This document shows positions 11,451-22,186 of a stretch of 64,000 nt of DNA, in pieces. Numbering within the stretch: the first letter of the stretch is position 1; the number at the start of each line of letters is the position of its first letter. The notes beneath the pieces are model-generated. The model was not told the DNA's origin. It saw nothing but the letters and a program-made list of their open reading frames with translations, and made no database searches. Source of the stretch: Naegleria gruberi (taxonomy: Eukaryota); assembly GCA_000004985.1 (NCBI GenBank), contig GG738862.1; one strand, written 5' to 3'. The translations under genes and the position numbers were made by a program.

Positions 11451-14009
11451 TTAAAGAGAAATCTTCCATTCAGCATTGAATAATGTCTTTTGTTGAGCTG
11501 GGAGAGACCAGGACCACAAAGTTCTTTGATTTCTTTGTTTCCAATGGCAGTCTACAATCCAAAACTTGCAATCTCTCCAAGCATAGTATGCTTCCAAATT
11601 GGCAGACATTGGTTGAGTTTGTAATTGAACATCAACTCCTACAGTACAGAGAGTACCATGGACATAACCTTGAGGAACTAAAGCTGCTTGGAATGAAGCA
11701 TCCAATTCAATACCACCCTTAATAATGAGCAAGTCGATATCAGCTTGACCATCAATAGTAATTTGAGCAGAAGGAATAACTTCAACCATAGCGCTCAATT
11801 GAGCATCACAAATTTGCCATCCCCATTCAGCATCCAAACCAAGAGTAGCACCAGCACTGAAAGTGATTGGAACAATTGAAACCCAAACAGTGTATTCATA
11901 GTTGAATCCATTGCTAGTATGATAAAGTTGATAAGTGTGCAAGTTACAATCAATAAGTTGAGTTGGTAAAGTTTGTTGATAAACAACCTTGTCGAAAACA
12001 CTCAAGAAGATGGTATTGTCTACAGTTTGTGCTCCTTGCTTACCATATGCAGCCTTGGCATCAAAAATACTGGCTTGTTTGGCACCTAAAACATCAACAT
12101 TGGCATAGGCTTCAATTCTTCCATCATAGTTAAAGTTTGGATGATTACAATCAAAGTTGGTTCCAACAAAGAAATCACCGTGCAAATCAACAGAGACAGT
12201 ATCACCACCAAGGTTATAATCTTTGGTAATTGAACGATTGTATGGGTATGGAGAGTCATCGAAAGTGAGCTTACTTGATGGAATGGAATACTTCTTGGCA
12301 AAGGCCTTCATAACCATTCTGAGAGCAGATCTTACTTGTTGATTCTTTTCAGTGGCCAACAATTTAGAAACGACTGGAAGAACATCTTGTGGCTTGAAAA
12401 TGGTTTCAGCATTGTAGATGGCACCGAGAATAGAGACAGCAATTGATGAATCAGATTCCTTTGTAAGAAGAGCAGAACGATCGAGCATTTCGAGCAAGGT
12501 GGAGGCAGCGTCCTTCTTGACTGAAGCTGGAGTAGTTGATCTAGAAACCAAAGAACCAAAGGCTAATAATGCAGCATCTCTGAGAACTGGATTAGAATCA
12601 TAATATTTACCAAACATGGAATAAATCTTACGAATGGATGCAGCAGTTGGTTGCTTCATACCAGTGTTAGCAGACAAGAGAGAGTGGAAGAGCAAATCAT
12701 TGGCGATCTTTGGTTCAATACCATCGAATGATGCTTCAATAAATTCAGAGAAGAATAAATCTTCAAAATTCTTGGCAGAAGTGAGTAAGAAAAAGACCTT
12801 ATCTCTCATTTGCTTATTGTTGGCTTGCTTAAGGTTGGTAATATACTTCATCAAGGTAGTCTTGGCACTGGCCAAAGTTTCAATAACCTTTGGAGCAGAG
12901 CTGTCAAAGAACTTGGCGAGCTTCTTCAAATCCTTGTGATGAGCAATTAATGGCTTTGGTGAGTCCAAAATGGTTGAGATCATTTGAATAGGATCTTCCT
13001 TGAGCATTGGCAATTCATAATTAATTGACTTCAATGAAGCAATGGTACTCTTGGCAACTTCGAACAATGAACCCTTCTTGAATGAGGCATTGTTGATTGG
13101 AGAAACCTTGTTGAAAGCAGTAATAACTTGTTGAGATTGCAAAGCAATATTCAAAGAACCAGCACTTCTCATATTCATATCAAAACCAGTACTATTGGTG
13201 AGTCCCAACTTGGCACCAAGTTGCATGGAAGCAATGTTGGTGATTTGAGAGGTAGTAGTAGAGGCAATATAACCATTTGGATGGACAGCAGTTTGAGCAG
13301 TAGCTTGAATGTCGACATTGTTGGCAGTAACTTGAGCATCACTGAATGATCTAAAGTTTTGTTGAGTGAATTGCTTGTTAATATTCAACATGGCAGCTGG
13401 AGCAGCTTGATAGGCACTAGTGTGGACACCAACACAATCTTGTTCCAAAATTGTGGCAGTACTTTGGGTGACATAGGTCTGGAAGGCACTAATAGCTGAC
13501 AATTTAACATTGACAAAATATGGAGAATCGCCATCTTGATAATAAACTTGAGTAATTTCACCTGTTGGAAGTTGAATAAAGTACATGTCATAACCAAGAG
13601 CAGAACTATCACTAGCACCAAAAGTCAAGGTTGTCTTGGCATTGGCAATCTTGGTATCCTTGTTAATCAAACTGACACGAGAAGCACGAGCGTGTTCACT
13701 AGTTTGACCAACACCAACTTGTGTATTGAACATGTTAGCAACAAAAACAAATGATCCATCCTTTTGAATTTCATTACATCTGTGAACATAGACAGAGTCG
13801 AGAGTAGAAGTGGTTCCATTAGTAAGAGAGTTACTCTTTTGAACATTTCCTCTGGCATCAACAGTACCATGAAGATTAAAAACAAATTCCTGACCGACCT
13901 GGTAGGATAATTGTGAAGGGAGTGCTGAAATGGCTTGAACCATCATGATGATCGCCATCAAGACAACAGCAACACCACCATACAAACCGACGCGATTAAA
14001 GTTCTTCAT
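11451..14009 (-). CDS. Secreted large-lipid-transfer-protein-like protein (vitellogenin-N / MTP-like architecture), 852 aa
   Basis: Signal peptide, then about 300 aa of beta-rich N-sheet, about 300 aa of alpha-helical HEAT-like region (LLTSAKNFEDLFFSEFIEASFDG…AALLAFGSLVS) and a beta-rich C-sheet. Length and order match microsomal triglyceride transfer protein and vitellogenin N-domain. Assigned from motif and architecture memory only. Confidence 0.5.
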   Translation of the reverse strand: MKNFNRVGLYGGVAVVLMAIIMMVQAISALPSQLSYQVGQEFVFNLHGTVDARGNVQKSNSLTNGTTSTLDSVYVHRCNEIQKDGSFVFVANMFNTQVGVGQTSEHARASRVSLINKDTKIANAKTTLTFGASDSSALGYDMYFIQLPTGEITQVYYQDGDSPYFVNVKLSAISAFQTYVTQSTATILEQDCVGVHTSAYQAAPAAMLNINKQFTQQNFRSFSDAQVTANNVDIQATAQTAVHPNGYIASTTTSQITNIASMQLGAKLGLTNSTGFDMNMRSAGSLNIALQSQQVITAFNKVSPINNASFKKGSLFEVAKSTIASLKSINYELPMLKEDPIQMISTILDSPKPLIAHHKDLKKLAKFFDSSAPKVIETLASAKTTLMKYITNLKQANNKQMRDKVFFLLTSAKNFEDLFFSEFIEASFDGIEPKIANDLLFHSLLSANTGMKQPTAASIRKIYSMFGKYYDSNPVLRDAALLAFGSLVSRSTTPASVKKDAASTLLEMLDRSALLTKESDSSIAVSILGAIYNAETIFKPQDVLPVVSKLLATEKNQQVRSALRMVMKAFAKKYSIPSSKLTFDDSPYPYNRSITKDYNLGGDTVSVDLHGDFFVGTNFDCNHPNFNYDGRIEAYANVDVLGAKQASIFDAKAAYGKQGAQTVDNTIFLSVFDKVVYQQTLPTQLIDCNLHTYQLYHTSNGFNYEYTVWVSIVPITFSAGATLGLDAEWGWQICDAQLSAMVEVIPSAQITIDGQADIDLLIIKGGIELDASFQAALVPQGYVHGTLCTVGVDVQLQTQPMSANLEAYYAWRDCKFWIVDCHWKQRNQRTLWSWSLPAQQKTLFNAEWKISL

Positions 14010-14368
14010 ATTTTGAGAGCAGCGCTTGATAAATAGAGCGCAGCGGCAGGTTAGTGATTTTTTTTTCTGATGATTTTTTGTCAGGTCGCACTACCTTGCA
14101 GCGTTGATATTGAGGTGGAAGGTTCGTTATGATATTTAAGAAAAAAGATTTTTTGAAAAATCAATGGCTTTGTTAGGTGGTTGATGGCAATTTACATGAA
14201 ATAATGCATTAAGGCGTTGTTGTTGTGGAATAATTGAATTTGATACGGATGGATATGCTTTTACTGTAATCTTTGGATTAAAAGTTCTTATTTAGAAAAG
14301 CGCGAGGATGATGAATATTCCAAATTCTTAATGTTGTGTAAATTATTCGGTGATGAAGAGAGAAAAAA

Positions 14369-14587
14369 ATGGAAGAACGAGAAAGAAGGATGAAACTCTT
14401 AATGTTCAAACATGAAATTTATTCTTCGTCATCTTTGCGACAATCGGAGTTGAAGAGTCTTATACAACAACGAATTAAAAATTATTTAAAAAGTAGAATT
14501 GAAAGGAAGCAACCTGTTGATTTGGATCATCCAGAGAATAGGGAATTTATTGATGAATTGATGAAGGAATTTTTCAAATTGGATTAA
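14369..14587 (+). CDS. Hypothetical small protein (72 aa)
   Basis: Short ATG ORF in an intergenic gap. Helical and charged, with no confident family. Confidence 0.25.
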   Translation: MEERERRMKLLMFKHEIYSSSSLRQSELKSLIQQRIKNYLKSRIERKQPVDLDHPENREFIDELMKEFFKLD

Positions 14588-14674
14588 TATTAATTTGTAT
14601 AAATCAATAATGGACAAGAATAATAACGAAGGAATTATTTAAATTTATATTGATGACATCATAGTGATGAGAAT

Positions 14675-17600
14675 TTAAAAATCCATTTCATACAAATCAG
14701 TTAACATGTTCATGATAATTTCAAAGGATGGTCTTGCACTTGGTTCGGTGGCCCAACTCATTTTCATAATATTAACATAACCATCGACTGCGGAGAGGAG
14801 TTGATGAGCATTACGAGGATTCATTTCTCGTAGAAACTTTTCACACCATGTGGTCATTTCATTCCAATCAACGAATGGTATGATTGGTCGTTTTTCTTGA
14901 TTAGCTACAAAGAAGAGCAAGTTGAAGGCCTTGATTTTCTTTTGATCCAAACTCACATGATTGAAATAATTAATCTTTTCACATGTATCATTCCAATAAG
15001 GGGTTTCCTCAAAGAAGAGTTCCCACATTATTATTGCATATGCATAGACATCCTAAATTGAACGAATAATATTAATATTTTAGAATAGATTGCTAAAACT
15101 TACAATTTTCTTGGCATTCTCTTTGGAAAGTGCGGATGAGGTCTGTTCATTATCTTCTTCAAGAATTAATTCAGGACACCTTTACAAATATTGAAATAAT
15201 TAAATGGATATTCTAATATTATTACTTACATGTATAATAATGTTCCAATATTTGCAGTTAATGATGTTGTCAAGGTATGATTTGAGACTGTTCTAGATAA
15301 TCCAAAGTCACACACTTTTGGATTATCATTATAGTCTAGAATAATATTAGCAGGTTTTAAATCTCTGTGAATGAGATAGTTAGGTTGTAATCCATGCAAG
15401 TATTTCATCCCATTTGCAATACCAATCAGAATTTTTAGCTTTTCCTTCAAAGTCTTCTTGACAGTTCCTTTCTTCATATTCTTGATAAGTCTCTCCATAC
15501 TTCCATTCTGAGCCAACTCTACAACCATGTAGGATTGAGTTTCAGAAATACAAATTCCATAGAATGAAATAATATTCACATGTCTGAGTTGTATCAGAAC
15601 CATTACTTCCTTCTCGAACATGTCATTACTACCCTCCTTTCGAACAATGGTTTTCACAGCAACATCCATCATATTCCATTTGGCTTGATAGACAGATCCT
15701 GAGGCACCTTCTCCAATTTTCTTTTCAAATTTCAGTTCATTTGCTGGAATTATGTAATTGGCATTCTTTTCAATATCCACAGAATGAAGGGATCCATAAT
15801 CAGAGTACGAGACATCATAGGTAAGTAGTTTTTCTTCGATTTCCTTCTCTGATTTTTCTCGAACATAGACTTTCTTGATCTTTTTGTAAACTCTCCAAAT
15901 TGAAAAGGCAAGGAATGAACAAGTGCATGAGCCAATAACGATACCAATAATCATCACCAATATTGAGGCAACAACAATGACTGGTATGACCTGACTATAG
16001 GGAAAACCAAGTTGACACAGTCCATCCTTAATGATATAATCCACCTTGCAAGGAACCAAGTGAACACGTACAAATTTAGTTGTTGCAAATGGGAGTCTTA
16101 ATTTGAGAAAAAAATAATTATCTTTTTTGAGATCTATGGATTCTTTCTTGAGTGAAATGTGAAATCCAACAATATTCGAAAAATTGGTCTGGTTTACATG
16201 CACATCAAAGTTTGAGCTCGATAAAGTATCGTTGATTTCTATAATGGCACTTTCTAACAATACAGGTACATTATTATTTACACCATCAGTCATTTGAGAA
16301 AAGTAAGCAGATACTACTTGCCCCGGATAGACATAAATTGATTCATAAGTGTCATCTGATTTCAATTCCAATCTATCTAGTGAAAGATTGTATTGCCTTA
16401 TTGAGGTGGCAATATCATTTCCGTATTGATCTGCACTATTATATTGAACATCAGGCATATTTTCAATAAAAGCATACCCTTCAATGAATATTCCTCCTCC
16501 AATAAATGCAGAGTTCTCTTCCATCATAGGAGAGTATATTCCAATATTTTTTCCATTTGTGAAACAGGCACCACCTCTAAGGGCTGAATTGAGTAGAAAT
16601 GTTGATTTCGTCATAAAGCCATGCGTATTGATTAGTGATAGGGCTCCTCCACTTCCCTCAACGAAATGACCAGACTTGAAACGCTGTTCCTCCGCTGGTG
16701 ATAGAACAATTCTATTATTTACAAAACTAGTAAGAAGTAAACTAGCTGCCAAAGTAGTATTTCGAATATAGAGTGCACCACCTGCCAGTGTTGAATTATT
16801 TGAATGAAAAAGTGTCGATTCAATTCTAACTGCATAATTTCCATCCATTAATACGGCTCCTCCATTTCCATTTTTTGCTGTGTTATTGATAAATCGTGAT
16901 CCTAGAATGCATGAAGATGTAGAGACAGAGAGGAGTGAAATGCTACCTCCACTCTTGAATGAAGTATTGTTGAAAAATCTGGAGTTTTTCACAACAACTA
17001 CATCAGAAGAATCAATAAGTATAGCACCTGAATGTTTGGCCTTGTTTTGTTGAAAAAAGCAATCAACCACTTTGACCTCCTGACACAGATAGAGAGAAAC
17101 CACTGATTTTGCATTCATTGAATAATTGTCTATGAATGCAGAACGTACAAAATTGACTGTTCCCACTGAAATCCAATCTATCCATCCATACTCTCTCTTT
17201 CCAGAAAAATTACATTTGGTTATAAATATCCGAAAGACAAGGTTTGCCTTAATAGCTGAAAGTTCGGCTGGGTCGCCGGCATCTTCCTTTGGATTCTTTC
17301 TAATATGATTCCGTAACGGAACATATGTAAAATTGCAATGATTAATATCTGCCTGAACGACAGATCGCAATGTCAACTGTGAATTCTTTGAAAATTCGAA
17401 TTGGCAATACGAAAACTCGACACTTTCTGCATGTGCAACTAATATAGTAGGACCAGCACTATCTACATCCAATTTGGCTGAAAATTTGGTCCTATTAAAC
17501 AATACCCTTTCAGCTCCCATTATCATTATATCTGAATCAGTTACACAATTTTCCATTTCAATATTTCCATAATTCATCTCAATAACCGATCCAATAATTC

Positions 17601-18405
17601 TCGAATTAGAAAGTCTAAATCTATAGTCCATACTACTAAAAATTTTCACCTGATAAAAATCAACATTTGAAGCTTCCATACATGGCGTAACCATATTAAT
17701 TGCCTTCATATTATGAAACCGTATATAGGAAATAACACTTGATGAATCAGTTATAAAACCATCTGTATCATAAAAGCATCTAATGAGTCGAGGTGAAGCA
17801 TTGTCAAAACTCTTCACTAACACATTAACTCGAATAAATTGCCGAATCGATCCATCAATGGGTGGAACTCGAGCAAGACATGCCCTTCCACCACTTCTAT
17901 CCAAATCAGCTAGATCAGTCATTAGAATTATATTAAACAAAATTTCAAAGCATTCACCCTTTCTTCCTTCCCTAGTAGAAATTGAGGATAATGAAACCAT
18001 GGCAGCTGACATGTCCTTACATGCATTCTCAGTGGTTGATCCACAATCAAGAATTGATGTATAATTTTCCAAATTTACATGAATATCAAAACTAATTGGA
18101 ATATAGGAAAAACATGTTTTCACTTTTGTAAAATTTCCATTCGTTCGGTTTAATCCCAAATTAGAATTTGTTTCGTCTAATATTCTATTTAATCTTGTTG
18201 GTTTATAATTTTTAGAGTACCTAGGGGTGTTGTATTTTAGAGAAGATGATCCTTTCAATTTTTTACTTTCTCTAATGGTTTCTATTAGTTTCGTTTTATG
18301 TACAAAATTCGATTTTTCAAATTGTCGTATTTCCAACTCCGAAAAAGTAGAAAAACAATCATCATTTGCAATATTTAAACTACTAAATATTAATAAAAGT
18401 AACAT
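14675..18405 (-). CDS. Receptor-type tyrosine-kinase-like (TKL) Ser/Thr kinase: signal peptide, ectodomain of Pmp-type (GGA[ILV]/FxxN) right-handed beta-helix repeats, one TM, cytoplasmic kinase. Three exons, introns about 15180..15229 (50 nt) and 15053..15103 (51 nt).
   Basis: Kinase motifs GEGASGSVY, VAVK, HRDLKPANIIL, DFGLS, then YM|CPE and DVYAYAIIMWEL recovered only after splicing a 76-nt micro-exon (15104..15179). Ectodomain has about a dozen repeats with FxxN…GGA(I/L/V). TM is VIPVIVVASILVMIIGIVIG. The likely start is the internal Met giving MLLLLIFSSLNIAND. Confidence 0.8.
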
Positions 18406-18715
18406 TATTATCGTTATCCTAAAAAATTGTTCCGAGACTAGTTTCGTCCTTGATGTTCTTTCGTATAAGAAATAGAAAGTTGTGTTTCGGTGATGGTAAC
18501 TTTCTATTTCTTCTCGTCCAAAGAACCTCCAATTCATAGTTTCCTTTCCATAGAGTTGATGTTATTTTTTTAATGTCTGTTGTCGAAAGTGTCTGACGTC
18601 TGTTTTAGGATTTCTTCCAATAAGAAATGCTCACACTCAAAAACAAGAAACAAAGATACAAAGGAAAAAAGATATTTTCCAAAGAATCTTGAACAATCAT
18701 TTAACAAAAAAGGTG

Positions 18716-18786
18716 TAGGAAGACAGGGAATCGAACCCTGATCTTAGGAACCACAATCCCATGTTCTACCACTGAACTATCTCCCT
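18716..18786 (-). tRNA. tRNA-His (anticodon GTG)
   Basis: Reverse complement: acceptor AGGGAGA/TCTTCCT, D-arm GTTCAGTGGTAGAAC, anticodon loop TTGTGGT (GTG), 4-nt variable region, T-arm CAGGG-TTCGATT-CCCTG, discriminator A. No encoded G-1, as in eukaryotes. Confidence 0.85.
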
Positions 18787-18854
18787 TGTTAATTTGGTAA
18801 AGAAGGGTTTTACAACTATTAGACAAATAGATCTTTGTGTTTATTGGGAATTAA

Positions 18855-19957
18855 TCAAGAAATTGAACATGCTGTTTCTGATTCGAATATTTTGGTATCT
18901 TTTTTGACCACCTTAGCTAATAGAATCCTTCTTTCTGAATACTTGGAATGTCCTTCGAAAAAGTATCCCTTTTCAATTGCTCTTTCGACAACTGTTTGAA
19001 TGTTAATATTCTTCTTACAGCTTGTTTCTATAATTTCATAATTGCAACTTCCAAAATTATTCAATAGTTCGATAATTTTCTCCTTAACATGCTCTACATT
19101 TAGCGTGGAATCATATTCCAAACGGTCAATCTTGTTAATGCAAATTGTTAGTGGAATAGATTCGTCATCATGAATATAAATAATTGATCTAAAGATTTTT
19201 TGTAAAATATTGTAATCATCTTCTTGAGAATTCACTGAAAATAGTATAATATATCCTCTAGCTCCTCTCAATTTGGCTATCAATGAAAATCATTGATTCA
19301 TAAACAATTTAGATCATTAAACTTACATTCATGAAACATGTAATAATCATTTCTGAAACCATTTTCCCAAATTTCCAATTTCAATTCTGTTTCATTAAAT
19401 TGAACATTCTTATAAAATACTTCATCCAACGAATAATCATATTGTTCATTGAATTGATCATTTAAATATCGATTGATGAAGGAATGAATACCTGACCCTC
19501 CTGGTCCACTAACACAAAGTTTAAAAACATCTCTTTTCGAATAGGGATCTGAAATTGAAAATTGGTCCTTTCTCCTCCTTTCTGCCTCCTTCAAAATTCC
19601 AAAAATTCTCTTATTCGATTTCATCTTTAATTTCTCCACAATTTCGTCTTTCTTTTTCCAATGATCATGCACATTAATTGAATTCACCACTTCTCGTCCA
19701 TTCTTCACTTCCAATCGGAGATTAATAAATTGAAACAAAATAATCTTCCAATAATTTTCCAATAAATTTTGAAAATTTTCTCCAAATTGTTTAGAAATTA
19801 ATTCCAAGTTACATAAATTTTTGATATTTTTCTCTGATCGGGCGAGGAGTGGATTTGCAATGATGAGAAATTCGAGAATGTGCCGTAAAAGTTCAGGAGG
19901 AAGATCAGTTAGGTGATGTTGTGGAGGCATTTTTTTTTGTAAGTTTCGTATTTTCAA
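18855..19957 (-). CDS. F-box protein fused to a Ras/Rab-like small-GTPase domain with degenerate P-loop and switch II (pseudo-GTPase). Two exons, intron about 19277..19326 (50 nt).
   Basis: N-terminal LTDLPPELLRHILEFL is an F-box. The G-domain reads GPGGSGIHS (Lys/Ser of GxxxxGK[ST] lost) and WENGF (DxxGQ lost), with intact NKID and SCK. A phase-1 GTAAGT…GATAG splice joins …MFHE|SKLRGARGYIILF. Confidence 0.7.
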
Positions 19958-20596
19958 GTTTCGAATGTAATCAAGATGTGTGAAAATAGATGAATTATTG
20001 TTAGTATGTCAATATTTGATAAATTAATCAAGTTTATGCAAAGATAACAAGACATTTGATGTTTTAGTAAAAGGAGCTTGAATCCGAGATATGTCAAAGT
20101 AGTACAACAAGTGAAAGACGTTTTTATCTATCTCTAATTATTACAAGCAACGTTTACTTCAACTAATACCTCCAAACTATTATATTCCCCAAATATTCAA
20201 TGTAGTTCGTTTCGAATAACCCTTCGTATAATCTTTTGGATTAATAGAATTAAACAATAATACATCACCCCTTCAAATGTTTCATCAATTGGTTGATTGA
20301 TGTCATACAGACAAAGAAACAAACTCAAATCCAATTGTGTGTCATTGCCAAATGTAAATATTACAATCATTTCGACATCTTTCGAATAAAATCTTGGTTT
20401 ATTGATGGTAATAACCTACCAGAAAGTAATCAAAAGACCTCAATTGATGGCAAGTTTAGCCATAAACCAACATCTCAATACGCTAGTAGGATACCAAAAT
20501 TGCTAAAGTGCCAAAAAAATATTCGAAACATCTTCATTATCTGAAACTTGTTTATCCTCAAAGAAAAAAAACTCAAAAAAACAAATCAACAACAAC

Positions 20597-22159
20597 ATGA
20601 ACAGCAGCATTCTATCCAATGAGAGTGTCGACTCTCGAACCCACATTGAGCTGTCAACTAGTCCAACAAGTATCTCCTCACCTCGAAATGTCAACCAACA
20701 ACAATCATTCAAAGATAATTCACCACCACAATCTGCAAGTGGCACACACTTTGTAACTCAACCAGAATCTACTGTTTATTCATCGGCAACTGGAAAGAAG
20801 GATTCGAATAATCGTCAGTCAACTAAGAGTGAACAATCTTCGATGAAAACTCCAAGAAATTCATCGGCTACTGGGTTTAGATCTAGGACATTTAGATGGT
20901 ATACATGTTGTGGTGTATTGGAAATGAATTGTTTAAAGTTGACAAGTTTAGTTGCGTTGGTAGTTAGTTTAGTTTCGTTTGTTGCTTTACTCGCCATTAT
21001 TTCAGTTAATTATTCGATTGCAAGGGACTATCAACTCAAGCTTGCAAATTTGAGTACTTCTGGTACTTTTTACAGAGAATTAATGAAGCTGTCATGTAGA
21101 GCAGCTGTCACATCAAGTTACAACAAGACATTGTCATTAGAATTTGCCACAACTTACAATCAATACTTTACAACCTATTATTCTGATTTGGGTAAGCTCG
21201 TTGCTACTGTTCCACCATCCATTCTCTATTGGAATAAGATGAATATTACAATGGAAGAGCTCAAGTCAAGAAAAGCTGTCAGAATGGAACTTGCCATGAT
21301 TGCAAATGTCAAAACTGGAAATTATTCAACAGCTTTGGCAAGTTTGGAATCTGATACATATAAGGGCTATTTAACTGGTTATCAAGAAGAAGTTCAAAGC
21401 TTTATTAATTATGCAGAAGACATGAAAAGTGACAATGAAAAAATGGATTTGACAACCACAACTGTTTCACTAATTGTCATTTGCATCTCACTAGTCATTG
21501 TCATTCCAATTCTCCTAGCATTTATGATATTGAGCTTGAGAAAGGACGATACCAAAGAGAAACAACTCAGACAAGTCAAGAAATACATGATTATGGACAC
21601 AATTAATGATTCTTCATTGGTGGAAAAGTTTAAGGAATTTTGTAAACAAGAACGAAGTGAAGAGAATTTTGTGTTATTGGAAAAGATTAATGAATATAAG
21701 AAGTTGTGTGAAAAGAGTTTTGATATTCAAGTGGTGCTGTATGATACTGGTGATGCTTTGAGTATTTCAGATGTAGTTTCGGATACTACTGCTTCAAGTC
21801 AAGATGAATCGACTAAAAAGAAGAATAAGCATAAGAAGGGATTTACAGAGAAGGATTTGCAAGATATTGAAAAGAAGAAATTCGAAATTGCATTCGAAAT
21901 TTATTCAGAATTTTTAGATATTCAAGGAGATCATGCTGTGAATATTAGTAAGCAATTTGCTGATGTTGTCAAACTTAGTTTAGATTCGTTTGCTAAGGGT
22001 GAGAATGAATACATGCCAGAAACTTTATTCGAAAGTATTGAATACGAAATGTGTTTATTAATGATGGATACTCATCACAGATTTAAACAACATATGGAAG
22101 TTCAATTGAAACAAAAGAAACAAGTCCTTTCAACATTGAAAAGAAAACCAAAAAAGTAA
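20597..22159 (+). CDS. Two-TM membrane protein with cytoplasmic RGS domain: N-terminal Ser/Thr-rich tail, TM1, extracellular domain of about 170 aa, TM2, RGS.
   Basis: RGS signature …FCKQERSEENFVLLEKINEYKK… plus a helical C-terminus. Hydrophobic segments LVALVVSLVSFVALLAIISV and VSLIVICISLVIVIPILLAFMIL bracket a Cys-poor extracellular region. Confidence 0.7.
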   Translation: MNSSILSNESVDSRTHIELSTSPTSISSPRNVNQQQSFKDNSPPQSASGTHFVTQPESTVYSSATGKKDSNNRQSTKSEQSSMKTPRNSSATGFRSRTFRWYTCCGVLEMNCLKLTSLVALVVSLVSFVALLAIISVNYSIARDYQLKLANLSTSGTFYRELMKLSCRAAVTSSYNKTLSLEFATTYNQYFTTYYSDLGKLVATVPPSILYWNKMNITMEELKSRKAVRMELAMIANVKTGNYSTALASLESDTYKGYLTGYQEEVQSFINYAEDMKSDNEKMDLTTTTVSLIVICISLVIVIPILLAFMILSLRKDDTKEKQLRQVKKYMIMDTINDSSLVEKFKEFCKQERSEENFVLLEKINEYKKLCEKSFDIQVVLYDTGDALSISDVVSDTTASSQDESTKKKNKHKKGFTEKDLQDIEKKKFEIAFEIYSEFLDIQGDHAVNISKQFADVVKLSLDSFAKGENEYMPETLFESIEYEMCLLMMDTHHRFKQHMEVQLKQKKQVLSTLKRKPKK

Positions 22160-22186
22160 AAAAAGTAAAAGTTCAAATTCAATATT

